Below are positions 47,182 through 56,665 of a stretch of 64,000 nucleotides of DNA, in pieces. Location: the UHGV virus genome UHGV-0286546; one strand, written 5' to 3'. The notes under the pieces are model-generated. The model was not told the origin of the DNA and did no database searches. It saw nothing but the letters and a program-made list of their open reading frames with translations. The DNA is from a virus. Each line of letters starts with the position of its first letter. The stretch's first letter is position 1. Both the position numbers and the translations under genes were made by a program.

Positions 47182-47769
47182 TTATACGATTCTTACAAAT
47201 TTTTGTGTATCTGTATCGTATTCAATTACATTAAACGTTCCATGCTCATAATTAAGCCCGTGAAGCTCCCATCCGATATCTAGAGCATTCATCACTCCTC
47301 CGTGAGAAACAATCAATGCACAGTCAAAAAATGAGTCCCAAAGGCCATTAATACAGGCATTTACCCGTTTAAAGGTTTCATGCTTACTTTCACCACCAGG
47401 AAAGCTTAATTCCCAAGTATTTTTTGTTCCCCAATACATTTTATCGATTAACAAAGAATACTTTTTACGAACGTCTTCCATTTTTTGTCCTTCTGCAATA
47501 CCAAAATCACATTCTCGTAATTCGTTTTTAGTAATTACAGAGATAGGCTTAGAGTAGGCTTCGACAATGTGTTTTGCAGTTTCTTGTGCACGTAATAACG
47601 GCGAACAATAAATCACTTCAATATTAAATTTTCGTAAAGCTTGTCCGACTTTCCATGCCTCTTCTTTACCTTCTTGTAATAACGGTAAATCTGCATAAAC
47701 ACCATTCCAAATTTTAAACTTGTTAGCCAAAGTTAAACCATGACGAACAATAATCAGTTTTTTCTTCAT
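47182..47769 (-). CDS. histidine phosphatase superfamily protein (phosphoglycerate-mutase-like)
   Basis: IIVRHGLTLANK (RHG catalytic motif), later SPLLRAQETA and a C-terminal SHGG. Confidence 0.65.
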   Translation of the reverse strand: MKKKLIIVRHGLTLANKFKIWNGVYADLPLLQEGKEEAWKVGQALRKFNIEVIYCSPLLRAQETAKHIVEAYSKPISVITKNELRECDFGIAEGQKMEDVRKKYSLLIDKMYWGTKNTWELSFPGGESKHETFKRVNACINGLWDSFFDCALIVSHGGVMNALDIGWELHGLNYEHGTFNVIEYDTDTQKFVRIV

Positions 47770-47857
47770 ACAATAATATTTTTAAGTTAGACATAATAAT
47801 TTATTTAAACTTTTTTAATATTATTTAATTATTTGAACTTTGTAAAATCGATTGTTA

Positions 47858-47913
47858 TATAAAAAATCTCCAGTGTTTTTAATAGTTAACACCGGAGATC
47901 TTTGGTTTTTTTT
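47858..47913. terminator. hairpin (atctccagtg/caccggagat) flanked by A/T runs; terminator for nrdD
   Basis: Lies between the nrdD stop (47920) and the start of the 47769 gene. Confidence 0.55.
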
Positions 47914-47919
47914 ATTAGA

Positions 47920-50070
47920 TTATTTACCCAATTGTTCTTGAATCTGTGAATAACTCATGAACTTACGATTTTTCCAATCGTGCTCACGTCTGGCTTTATT
48001 CCAACCTTCAACTTTAGAAAAGTAACCAATAACACGAGTATAGTGATTAACATTCTTAGATTGACATTTAGGACATTCATCTACTTTACCTTTATGAACA
48101 TGACCACAATCTTGACATTCTACATATGTACTATTAATCGCAAAATGAGCCATTCCATATTTAACAGCATCTGAAATTAAAGTTTTAGCTTGAGAAGATG
48201 TAATCTCGGAATCGACGTTAATATGAACAATTGAACCACCTGTCATAAGCTCATTAATTTCACCGTCACGTTTCATCTTTTCGTAAATAGTATGATCTTC
48301 CCACAAACTACACCACTGATTAGCATAGATATTATATTCACCCTTGACTAAGATCTTATCTGCTTTTGCTAATTTAGGTGCCATACCTTCTGCTGGAATA
48401 GCTTCAATATTCCAAATGATATTTTCTTTTTCTGCGGCGACTTTACATTCGTTATTAAAGTAAACAAGAAAATCTTTCATATAATCATAGTCTGAATGAT
48501 TAAACTTCTTCTTTAAAATTTCATCTGCTTCAACATAGCCAACACAACCAAATGTAGAGAACATGTGTGACATATTAATCCAACCGTTAGTAATCCAAGG
48601 TTGAGTACCGCATTTTTCTAACTTATGAATTAATACACGGTGTGCTTTAAGAATTTTAGACATTTCTTCAACACGTTCACTAATAATAGCTTTGAAATCA
48701 TCATAGCTATCGGCTTCATAAGCAGCACGTGCAAAGTTAAGAGTAACAACGCGGTGAGAACCTAATGAAACTTGTGAACCTCCGAAAGAGTTAACACCAT
48801 CAGCCATAGCAATCATATCAGAATCTGATAACAGCCTACAACAGGACGCTACCTTCGTACCTTCTGAACAATACACATTGAATTTAGAAATATCTTTCTT
48901 AGTAACATAACCATATAATTTGTCGCTTTGAGATACTAATTCACGTTTACCAGTTTCTTTATCTACATCAATAGCTAAATTAATAGTAGTTACTGGAAAA
49001 GGAAATTGAAGACCATTACGAAGAGGATCACCAGCATCAAAAATATCGATATAAATTTCTTGTAATTCTTCGATGTAATCCAATACAAAATCAGTAAAGG
49101 CTTCTTTAGTATTTGGCAGTTCATTATCTTCTACGATTGCAGCTTTCTTTTCAAAATACCAAGCATAATTATCTTCATTAATCAAGTTTCTAAGTTTTTC
49201 TCTATCGAAGCAAGAAACATTTGTAAATGGAGATTCTACTGCAGATCTACTATAATGATTAACTGTATGAATAAACTGCTGAAAACAATTTACAATATAT
49301 TTACGTAATTTTTTATCTGTACGCAATTCATCTAATGTAATTCTTTCACGATAAATAGCCAAGTGTGCTGTATCTAAGAAGAAAGTACCGACTGCAACCG
49401 CACCTGCTACGTTATATGAAAGTTCACGAATTGTATCACCTAAAATGGATACATATGTTGAAACTCTTTTTGCTTGACTGGAATGTACTTGACCAAATTT
49501 ACGACCTTCCATTACTAATTTAGAAGCATCAATACAATAGCAATACGGCATAAGAATTTTTGTACTATCGTTCAAAGCTAAGGAATAATCAAACATAGAA
49601 GCCATACATTTTTTAGCTGTTTCTTTACCATATAATTCTTTAATTGTTTGATAAAGATAATCATAACCTGCTAATTTTTTATATGCTAAAATGGCTTCTG
49701 TACAAATACCTTCCATATTAATAGATGTTTTATTAGCATTTGGATCTACTGAAATATCATTAGCAGTTTGAAGATCACCAAATGTTAAAAGTGAAATAAT
49801 TGATAATGGATCGAAGTATTTTTTAGATAACCCGTGTATTTCAAGGATTTCTTCAACTTTTGTATTGAGTTCTTCTTTATCTTTTACACCATATTTAGAT
49901 TTAATGGATTTTGCTAAACATTCTGAAATATTTTTAATAGTGCGTGTAGTATTTGCTTCTGAAAGACTAATATCAATAAGCTTATTCATTTCTTCTTGAT
50001 ATGGATTTTCTTCAAGATAGTTAAACTTAGGATATTTTAAAGAAATTGCTCTTTTATTATTCGGGCTCAT
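47920..50070 (-). CDS. nrdD: anaerobic ribonucleoside-triphosphate reductase (class III RNR) NrdD
   Basis: 716 aa. C-terminal Zn-ribbon CQDCGH…CPKC. Glycyl-radical motif TRVIGYFSKV. Confidence 0.8.
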   Translation of the reverse strand: MSPNNKRAISLKYPKFNYLEENPYQEEMNKLIDISLSEANTTRTIKNISECLAKSIKSKYGVKDKEELNTKVEEILEIHGLSKKYFDPLSIISLLTFGDLQTANDISVDPNANKTSINMEGICTEAILAYKKLAGYDYLYQTIKELYGKETAKKCMASMFDYSLALNDSTKILMPYCYCIDASKLVMEGRKFGQVHSSQAKRVSTYVSILGDTIRELSYNVAGAVAVGTFFLDTAHLAIYRERITLDELRTDKKLRKYIVNCFQQFIHTVNHYSRSAVESPFTNVSCFDREKLRNLINEDNYAWYFEKKAAIVEDNELPNTKEAFTDFVLDYIEELQEIYIDIFDAGDPLRNGLQFPFPVTTINLAIDVDKETGKRELVSQSDKLYGYVTKKDISKFNVYCSEGTKVASCCRLLSDSDMIAMADGVNSFGGSQVSLGSHRVVTLNFARAAYEADSYDDFKAIISERVEEMSKILKAHRVLIHKLEKCGTQPWITNGWINMSHMFSTFGCVGYVEADEILKKKFNHSDYDYMKDFLVYFNNECKVAAEKENIIWNIEAIPAEGMAPKLAKADKILVKGEYNIYANQWCSLWEDHTIYEKMKRDGEINELMTGGSIVHINVDSEITSSQAKTLISDAVKYGMAHFAINSTYVECQDCGHVHKGKVDECPKCQSKNVNHYTRVIGYFSKVEGWNKARREHDWKNRKFMSYSQIQEQLGK

Positions 50071-50082
50071 TTTTATTCCTCG

Positions 50083-50586
50083 TTATTTTTTAAAAGTTAA
50101 TATACCATCGTTAGAAAGTAGGTTATAGTCACCATCATAAAAATTTTGATTAGGACTTGCCAATATAAAGTTTGAATCTGTTTTTTCTGATTTTCTACAA
50201 GAATTTTTATCAAAAGTGCCACATTTAAAGAATTTAGCTCCTTTTAGGTTTAAACTTTTAACAACTTCTATTGAATATCCAGTATAGATACAAACATCAA
50301 AATCATCTTTGAGATTGTTTAAAAGATATTTCGTATACTCTAGATTTGATTTGTAAAGGGGATCTCCTCCGATTAAAATTACTTTATTTGTCATAGCTCT
50401 TTCGCAGTAATCCTTTACTCTATTTAATATCTCTTCTTTTGTTTCAGAATAGGTATCTTCGTATTGTAAATTCATGCTATGACAACCTGGACAATGATGT
50501 TCGCAACCTGTCATTATTACGGCTATCGCATTGCCATCCGGAGTAGGATAATCAAGCCAAGTTTCTTCTAAAGCTATTGTAAACAT
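50083..50586 (-). CDS. nrdG: anaerobic RNR activating protein NrdG (radical SAM)
   Basis: CEHHCPGC (CxxxCxxC) cluster. Start chosen at ATG 50586 (RBS aaggaaaaagttaATG). About 167 aa. Confidence 0.75.
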   Translation of the reverse strand: MFTIALEETWLDYPTPDGNAIAVIMTGCEHHCPGCHSMNLQYEDTYSETKEEILNRVKDYCERAMTNKVILIGGDPLYKSNLEYTKYLLNNLKDDFDVCIYTGYSIEVVKSLNLKGAKFFKCGTFDKNSCRKSEKTDSNFILASPNQNFYDGDYNLLSNDGILTFKK

Positions 50587-50727
50587 TAACTTTTTCCTTA
50601 AATACTGTTTATAATGAATAGCCAAGGAAACCAAGGCTTTTGATATTATGAATGTATATTATAGAACACGAAGTGAACTATAATTCTACTTGGGAATATT
50701 TCACTTTTATTAATTCTTACGGAGATA

Positions 50728-50772
50728 TTTTTTAGAAAAGAAATGCTCCGTAATTTTGACTTTTCGGAGCAC
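50728..50772 (-). terminator. rho-independent terminator (tgctccg/cggagca) downstream of membrane-protein gene
   Basis: Hairpin followed on the minus strand by a T-run. Confidence 0.55.
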
Positions 50773-50781
50773 TTCATTGAA

Positions 50782-51777
50782 TTATAATGATTTTTTATGA
50801 TAAACTTTCGAAACAGAAATTCCACCTGATTTTTTGACCACAGGAACAGGTTTTTCCGTTTCTATAGGAGTATCAGGCAGGAGTGAAATATCGTTATCCA
50901 CGGCCTCAAAAACAGGCTTTATTTGTGTTTTATTTTCTTCCTTTTTAACATCCGATTTTAATCTTATTTTAGACAGATTTGGTACATTTTTATTTTTCTC
51001 TTGATTTTTATTTTTTCTAGTATTAACAGCAAGAATAATTGCTATTTGAAGATAGTCTGTACCTATTATGACCAAAAAAATAAGAATCGTAATTGAATTT
51101 TGAAGACTATCGTATGTTGTACAATTTTTTTGAGTTATTTTACAGATTGTTGTTAATACACTTGCTATTTCACTTTTATTTTTTGAATTTTGTTGAGTTG
51201 TTTGCTCAGTTAAGGTTAAAGTCGAGTCTGCTTTTGCTAAAGATTCTTCTAATTTTTGTAATGCAGCTTTATCTAATCTTCTTTTGGTATTATTACAATT
51301 ATTTTCAGCTGCATTCATATTTTTTGAAGTTTTAGCGCGTTTTAAGCAGTTTTCATAATCTAATTTATTCCAATCTATACTATTCTGATATTCAGTTTGA
51401 GCAATCTTTGCAAGGTCCTCTGAACGAGTTTGTTTTAATTCTGCATTTTCAGCCGCCTTATTATAAGCTGCTGCATTTACCATTGCTTGTTTAGTTTCAG
51501 TTGATACAAGAGAATCTAGTTTAGCAAATATACCGACAGCAGAATAAACAAACAGTAAAGCAAGGATAAGAGTAATTACATATTTTACTTTACGCAGATT
51601 CTGCCATTCATCAACAATAAAATTAAATAATAAAAAGCGTCCTAAGTCAATTATAATAAATAGGATCAAAATAAACATACCAGCAGTTGCGAATAATTCA
51701 GTCATACCAAGAGCTGTCATTATAGATGATATAACAGCAAGACACAGTGCAACCCCTAACATAAAAATGTATTTCAT
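50782..51777 (-). CDS. membrane protein with 3-4 N-terminal TM helices and coiled-coil/Asn-Lys-rich domain
   Basis: Hydrophobic N-terminal 90 aa followed by a low-complexity charged region. Confidence 0.55.
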   Translation of the reverse strand: MKYIFMLGVALCLAVISSIMTALGMTELFATAGMFILILFIIIDLGRFLLFNFIVDEWQNLRKVKYVITLILALLFVYSAVGIFAKLDSLVSTETKQAMVNAAAYNKAAENAELKQTRSEDLAKIAQTEYQNSIDWNKLDYENCLKRAKTSKNMNAAENNCNNTKRRLDKAALQKLEESLAKADSTLTLTEQTTQQNSKNKSEIASVLTTICKITQKNCTTYDSLQNSITILIFLVIIGTDYLQIAIILAVNTRKNKNQEKNKNVPNLSKIRLKSDVKKEENKTQIKPVFEAVDNDISLLPDTPIETEKPVPVVKKSGGISVSKVYHKKSL

Positions 51778-51869
51778 TATTCTATTCTCTTTATATTTGT
51801 TTATATAAAAGAAAAAGCTCTAATAAAAGCTTAACTCTTATTAGAACTTGGATAGAAATTTTATTATGA

Positions 51870-52211
51870 TTAACCCCAGGATATAACAATTTTAGTATCT
51901 AATGGAAGGATTTTAGGCAAGATTGAGAAAACAGTTTTAATCATTTGTTTATTCCAAGAAGTTAATGTACCATCTTGTTTTTCATATTCTTGAATTAACT
52001 GATCTTCTTTACGTATAATTTCACCAACAGTATATTCTTCTTCTCCACATACTGTATTAGTGCCTTCTCTTGCAAACACTGCACTAAATTTATTACCAGA
52101 AGTATTTGAATTACCCAAATATCCGAATAAATGCTGTGCTTCATTAAGTGTAAAACCAGGTATTTCAAAATAAGTATTAATAGACATGTTTATTCCAATC
52201 GTGTAATACAA
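51870..52211 (-). CDS. hypothetical protein
   Basis: ORF only. Confidence 0.5.
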   Translation of the reverse strand: MYYTIGINMSINTYFEIPGFTLNEAQHLFGYLGNSNTSGNKFSAVFAREGTNTVCGEEEYTVGEIIRKEDQLIQEYEKQDGTLTSWNKQMIKTVFSILPKILPLDTKIVISWG

Positions 52212-52423
52212 ATGATTTTTTTAAAGTCTTTTAATGAAGTAAAAGTAGGTCCTTCATGAGTATAAACACTTAACTGAGTATATCTACGACCCGGAAATCT
52301 ACGTTTAATGGTATTTAAATTGTCACTGATATATCCATTTGATTTATCTGTAAATATTTCATCACCAATTTGCATATTTTCTATTCTTGTTAGCATACTA
52401 TTAGGTGAACGTGGTTTGGACAT
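52190..52423 (-). CDS. hypothetical protein
   Basis: ORF only. Confidence 0.45.
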   Translation of the reverse strand: MSKPRSPNSMLTRIENMQIGDEIFTDKSNGYISDNLNTIKRRFPGRRYTQLSVYTHEGPTFTSLKDFKKIICITRLE

Positions 52424-52509
52424 TTATTTCTCCATTTTGTGTAACTCTTTAATTATATTCATCATATAGCGTAAAATAACTGTTGTAAAACATAAAATAT
52501 ACGTTATAC

Positions 52510-52701
52510 TTATTTTTTAATATAAAGTCTTTCACTATATTTATTTAAAATTTTACAACATTCTCGAATGTCTTTGTTATTAAAATCCAATTTTTCAAAA
52601 CCGAATTTCTTTGCATATAAATCTTTACCCTGTGCCAACATAGTTATTGCGCAAACTAATGACACTTTTGAATAATACCGATATTCCATTAAGTATCCCA
52701 T
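52510..52701 (-). CDS. hypothetical small protein
   Basis: ORF only. Confidence 0.4.
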   Translation of the reverse strand: MGYLMEYRYYSKVSLVCAITMLAQGKDLYAKKFGFEKLDFNNKDIRECCKILNKYSERLYIKK

Positions 52702-52773
52702 CTTTCCTCACATAAAAAAATTGACCTAACATGTTTTATTTATTAGGCCAATTCGTTGAAATAGTAAAACAAA

Positions 52774-52974
52774 TTATTCTTTTACTTCAACTTTTTTGTA
52801 CCGTTTACAATGACAAAAACCCGGTTCTGTTTGATTACGAAAATCTAAGCACATACATTTAGTAGAATCATCTTTATATGCAAGACAAGGACAATATCCA
52901 TCATTGTTTTTTACTTTTTCTGAAATCTCTTTAAAAAATTTCTCGTCTGGGTTTTTTTCAATTTTAAGTTTCAT
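52774..52974 (-). CDS. ferredoxin-thioredoxin-reductase catalytic-subunit-like mini-protein (CPC…CxC…CHC)
   Basis: Cys spacing CPC-x11-CMC-x13-CHC matches the FTR catalytic-chain signature. Confidence 0.5.
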   Translation of the reverse strand: MKLKIEKNPDEKFFKEISEKVKNNDGYCPCLAYKDDSTKCMCLDFRNQTEPGFCHCKRYKKVEVKE

Positions 52975-53558
52975 TAGTTATCTCCATTTAAATGTTCCCA
53001 AATATCCTCAATATTAATTGGTGAATATTTAGCTGTGTTTTTAAAATTCGAACTCGTATCAACACCTATATGTGCAGCTTTGAATCCTAATTTGTTATAA
53101 ATATCGTCATAATTATTTATATCATGAATATGACCATATAAATGTATCGAATCTTTTCTAAATGCACCATCAAATTCTAAAATAGGAAAATGCTTTAAAA
53201 TAATAGTAATTTCTTTACCATTATACAAAGTCCATTTTAATTTATGATAATCTCTTACACTTTGCCACAAATTATTGTTAAGAAATTTATATTGGATTTT
53301 TGTTCTATCGTGATTTCCAAGAATTAGGTGCTTTTGACCATTCAACTGTTTTAATGTATTTTCAATTTTTTCTTGATCATAATTCATCGAAAAATCACCG
53401 AGATGAAAGACTATATCACCTTTACCAACGACTTTATTCCAATTATTAATAAGAGTTTGATCATGTTCTTCAATGGTATTAAAAGGTCTTTTATTACCTA
53501 GTTTTAAAATATTATTATGACCAAAATGTGTATCTGATGTAAAGAATAAATTAGGCAT
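52974..53558 (-). CDS. calcineurin-like metallophosphoesterase
   Basis: Motifs SDTHFGH, GDF, GNHD, HGH. Confidence 0.7.
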   Translation of the reverse strand: MPNLFFTSDTHFGHNNILKLGNKRPFNTIEEHDQTLINNWNKVVGKGDIVFHLGDFSMNYDQEKIENTLKQLNGQKHLILGNHDRTKIQYKFLNNNLWQSVRDYHKLKWTLYNGKEITIILKHFPILEFDGAFRKDSIHLYGHIHDINNYDDIYNKLGFKAAHIGVDTSSNFKNTAKYSPINIEDIWEHLNGDN

Positions 53559-53561
53559 ATA

Positions 53562-53747
53562 TTAACCCCACATTACATAGTGCTTAATAAAGTGTTTTAT
53601 ATAATACCAGTATCCATCTTCGTCAATAAACAATTGATAATCTTTGCCATCAAGAACATCTATTACACGATCTGGTATTTCTGACCAACGGGCTACTGTT
53701 TTTATTCCGTTTTTAAATCTTTCAAATATATACTTATTTGTCATCAA
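53562..53747 (-). CDS. hypothetical small protein
   Basis: ORF only. Confidence 0.4.
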   Translation of the reverse strand: MMTNKYIFERFKNGIKTVARWSEIPDRVIDVLDGKDYQLFIDEDGYWYYIKHFIKHYVMWG

Positions 53748-54465
53748 AATCTACCTTGATATCTGTTAGCCTAAATAATGTACTAGACGATTTAATATTT
53801 TGTATTCTACCGTTTAATTTTAATTTTAAATTATTATCTTTAAAATCTTTTATAACAGTCTCTTCGAATACCTTTTTAAAGAATTCATACATACATTTAT
53901 TGTCTTTAAAGGTAATTCTATCGGCATAATCGATTTTTAATCCCCATTTGTCACATAAAGCTTTAACTAATCCACCTAATACTTCTTTAACAATGGTATA
54001 GTTGGCTTTTTTTTCTTCAGCCTGTTTTTGTCTTCGTTTATCTGCACTACTTAAATTTACAACTTCTTTAAATTCAGCTGTATCAAAAATTTCAATAGAA
54101 AATTCTTCATCTTCTGTCATAACATCATAATGAATATTTGCATATGAGCTATTCTCAAATTTAATTGTATATGTATTTGGAAGTGTACCGCTCGTAACTA
54201 AGGTATATAATAAATCGGAACCAGAAAAATAATTGTTGCTTCCCGGATTTAACTTTTTATACTCTGAGTGTGCAGCAAATAGATCACGCTTTGTAAAAAA
54301 ATATCTAAAATGGGAAAGAGATTGCATAACAGATGTATTTTCTAATCTAGCCGGTCTGGTTTTAAAAGATGTATAACGCCAACGAAGCGCTCCTTGTCGC
54401 TCATTGTCCCTTCTCCACCAAGCTTTTTCTTGTATTACTTCACTACGCATTCTCTTTCCTTTCAA
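53734..54465 (-). CDS. hypothetical protein (243 aa) inside the nucleotide-modification cluster
   Basis: ORF with no recognised motif. Confidence 0.5.
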   Translation of the reverse strand: MKGKRMRSEVIQEKAWWRRDNERQGALRWRYTSFKTRPARLENTSVMQSLSHFRYFFTKRDLFAAHSEYKKLNPGSNNYFSGSDLLYTLVTSGTLPNTYTIKFENSSYANIHYDVMTEDEEFSIEIFDTAEFKEVVNLSSADKRRQKQAEEKKANYTIVKEVLGGLVKALCDKWGLKIDYADRITFKDNKCMYEFFKKVFEETVIKDFKDNNLKLKLNGRIQNIKSSSTLFRLTDIKVDFDDK

Positions 54466-54474
54466 TTGTTTATT

Positions 54475-55365
54475 TTATACCGCAATATCAAATTTTACTC
54501 TTTCGCCGTGTTGATATCCTTCAAGACTAGCCATACCCGGCATAAAATTAAATACTGTCGCAGAAGGATCTAATACCAACTTAGGTAATTCATATTGTTC
54601 TTTTCGCCATGTCGGTAACATCTCTTTTACTTTTTCTACATGATTATCATAAATGTGACAATTACACAAATTTAAAGTTACTGTACCGGGTTTCATATTT
54701 ACAGTTTGACACATAAGATGCAAAAGTAAAGCATAAAATGACAAATCAGTCGGAACTCCAAGTATTGTATCAGCAGATCGTTGATTGACTGTAATATGTA
54801 ATCTACCACCTAAATAATTAAACTGAAATACATAAACACAAGGCGGAAGTCCCATAGTATCTGCGTTTGCTGGATCCAAAGCAGTAATTAACAAACGCCT
54901 ATCGTATGGATTTTTCTTTAACGTATCAACAACATGTTGTAATTGATCAAAACCTTGTCCTGTATAATCGGTATTTTCATCTATATATTTGGCGCCAAAA
55001 TGTCTATAATTGAAGCCATAAATATTTCCTAAATCATTTTCTTGTAATTGAAATGCTTTACGCTCTTCATCTGATAAGCCAGCAGGTACTTTTTTAGGAT
55101 TACACCATTCTTTCCAATATCCACATTCACGCTCAACAAAAACCTTCTTAGATGTTATGCCTTCGAGAAAACAGCTTACTTCACCTTTCATGCTTTTAAA
55201 AAACTGCTGACGAAAGGTAAGCATAGGAAAACCGTCTTTTAAATCCCAAGTAAGAACTTTATTTAATCTTACTAAAGTGTTATTACCTGTACGACACGGA
55301 TTAATTTCTCCGTTATTTAAAATATCTTCTACAATATCTAAATATTGATTATCATATGCACTCAT
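54475..55365 (-). CDS. ThyA-family pyrimidine hydroxymethylase/methylase; predicted deoxycytidylate hydroxymethylase rather than thymidylate synthase
   Basis: ThyA-fold signatures LPPC(V)YVFQF, NQRSADTILGVP and CHIYDNH. Asp (GVPTDLSF) sits at the position of ThyA Asn177, as in T4 gp42 (GFRNDYAW). No His after the catalytic Cys. Confidence 0.6.
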   Translation of the reverse strand: MSAYDNQYLDIVEDILNNGEINPCRTGNNTLVRLNKVLTWDLKDGFPMLTFRQQFFKSMKGEVSCFLEGITSKKVFVERECGYWKEWCNPKKVPAGLSDEERKAFQLQENDLGNIYGFNYRHFGAKYIDENTDYTGQGFDQLQHVVDTLKKNPYDRRLLITALDPANADTMGLPPCVYVFQFNYLGGRLHITVNQRSADTILGVPTDLSFYALLLHLMCQTVNMKPGTVTLNLCNCHIYDNHVEKVKEMLPTWRKEQYELPKLVLDPSATVFNFMPGMASLEGYQHGERVKFDIAV

Positions 55366-55384
55366 TTACATTTTCCTTGTTTTG

Positions 55385-55993
55385 TTATTTAATCCATCGA
55401 ATAATAGGTTCACTTGTACAGTCTTTTTGCCATACATACCAACAATACGCTGCAGCTCCAGAATTTTTAAATGTACCACCACCTTTACCACAGCCTTGTC
55501 TATCTACATGAACATAAACATATTTTGGTGGATATTGTTTAAATAAAGAATAACGTTTAGCTGATTCAAGAAAAGTTAATTTCATAAACATTACTACTAA
55601 ACCATTATCTTTTACTGCTTCTATACTTCTTTCAACAAATTCACGAGCTTTCGAATACGGAGGATTTGTAATTATACAATCAAATTTATTATCATACTTT
55701 TTATTAGTTAAAAAATCTAAACCTGATTCTTCACCATATCCTCTGTCAACTAAATCTGTAGAAAAAACTGTATATCCATTATCTTTGAGAACTTTACTTA
55801 TTGCACCGTCACCACATGCGTTTTCCCATATAGTATTAGGTAAAGTTAGGTTTGTTTCTTTTGCTACATTAAGAAATAATTTTACAGAATCAGGATGAGT
55901 AGCATAAAAATCGTTTTCTTCTACTTCTTCTTCCTTTTTCCTGTGATTAGTAGTATAAAAGCCTTTATTTCCACCAGTCCAATCTTTACTCAT
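55385..55993 (-). CDS. DNA N6-adenine methyltransferase (Dam-like)
   Basis: Motif IV IITNPPYS. SAM-binding-like region. Start chosen at ATG 55993 (RBS ggaaggattttattacATG). Confidence 0.65.
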   Translation of the reverse strand: MSKDWTGGNKGFYTTNHRKKEEEVEENDFYATHPDSVKLFLNVAKETNLTLPNTIWENACGDGAISKVLKDNGYTVFSTDLVDRGYGEESGLDFLTNKKYDNKFDCIITNPPYSKAREFVERSIEAVKDNGLVVMFMKLTFLESAKRYSLFKQYPPKYVYVHVDRQGCGKGGGTFKNSGAAAYCWYVWQKDCTSEPIIRWIK

Positions 55994-56648
55994 GTAATAA
56001 AATCCTTCCAAAATCATATTTAAACTGATCAATTAAAAAATCCGAGCCGTTAACCTGTTTAAATAGCATATATGTATTCTTTTTATTGTAAGGTTGTATA
56101 AAACGAGCTTCAATATATTTTTTAGCTTCTGTAATACTATGAAAAGAATGTAAGGATTTATCATAGTATTCAGTTGACCATTTTTTATATTTAGGTGTTA
56201 CAATACAATATTCCATTTTACCGTCTGGATATTTTACCATTACATATAAATCATCATTAGAATAGGTATGACGACTATATACTTTAATACACTCGGCAAG
56301 ATTACGTGTTTCATCTGTTATTTCTAAAGCATTACCAGCTAAAGAAAGAATTTGTACTGTACATTGTCCTAAATCAATAGGTACATTTAAATCTATTTCT
56401 TGAGTATGTGTTGCGTAAATAAAAAGAATATCTGATCTATTAGCAGTCAAATTTCTTAAAATAGAGTATTGAGATGTATTTGAAAAATTATGAGCGGAAT
56501 GTGAAGGTGTTTCTTTTTTAATTTCTAAGACTACTGTCAAACCATTATTTAATTGCAATATACCATCAATATCACTAGCACTTACACAAAATGGCATTAT
56601 TGTATTAAAATCTAAAGGTTGTTCAATAGCTTTTATATTACGAATCAT
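55986..56648 (-). CDS. hypothetical protein (220 aa) inside the nucleotide-modification cluster
   Basis: ORF with no recognised motif. Confidence 0.5.
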   Translation of the reverse strand: MIRNIKAIEQPLDFNTIMPFCVSASDIDGILQLNNGLTVVLEIKKETPSHSAHNFSNTSQYSILRNLTANRSDILFIYATHTQEIDLNVPIDLGQCTVQILSLAGNALEITDETRNLAECIKVYSRHTYSNDDLYVMVKYPDGKMEYCIVTPKYKKWSTEYYDKSLHSFHSITEAKKYIEARFIQPYNKKNTYMLFKQVNGSDFLIDQFKYDFGRILLHE

Positions 56649-56665
56649 CTCTTTACTTTCATATC

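Noticed and set aside
51093-51335. Plus-strand ORF inside the minus-strand membrane-protein gene
   Set aside because: Antisense, low complexity (Leu/Phe/Tyr).
54475-55365. Calling this gene thymidylate synthase (thyA)
   Set aside because: The Asn-to-Asp substitution at the specificity position and the absence of His after the catalytic Cys fit dCMP hydroxymethylase better, so it is not called TS. An alignment is still needed.
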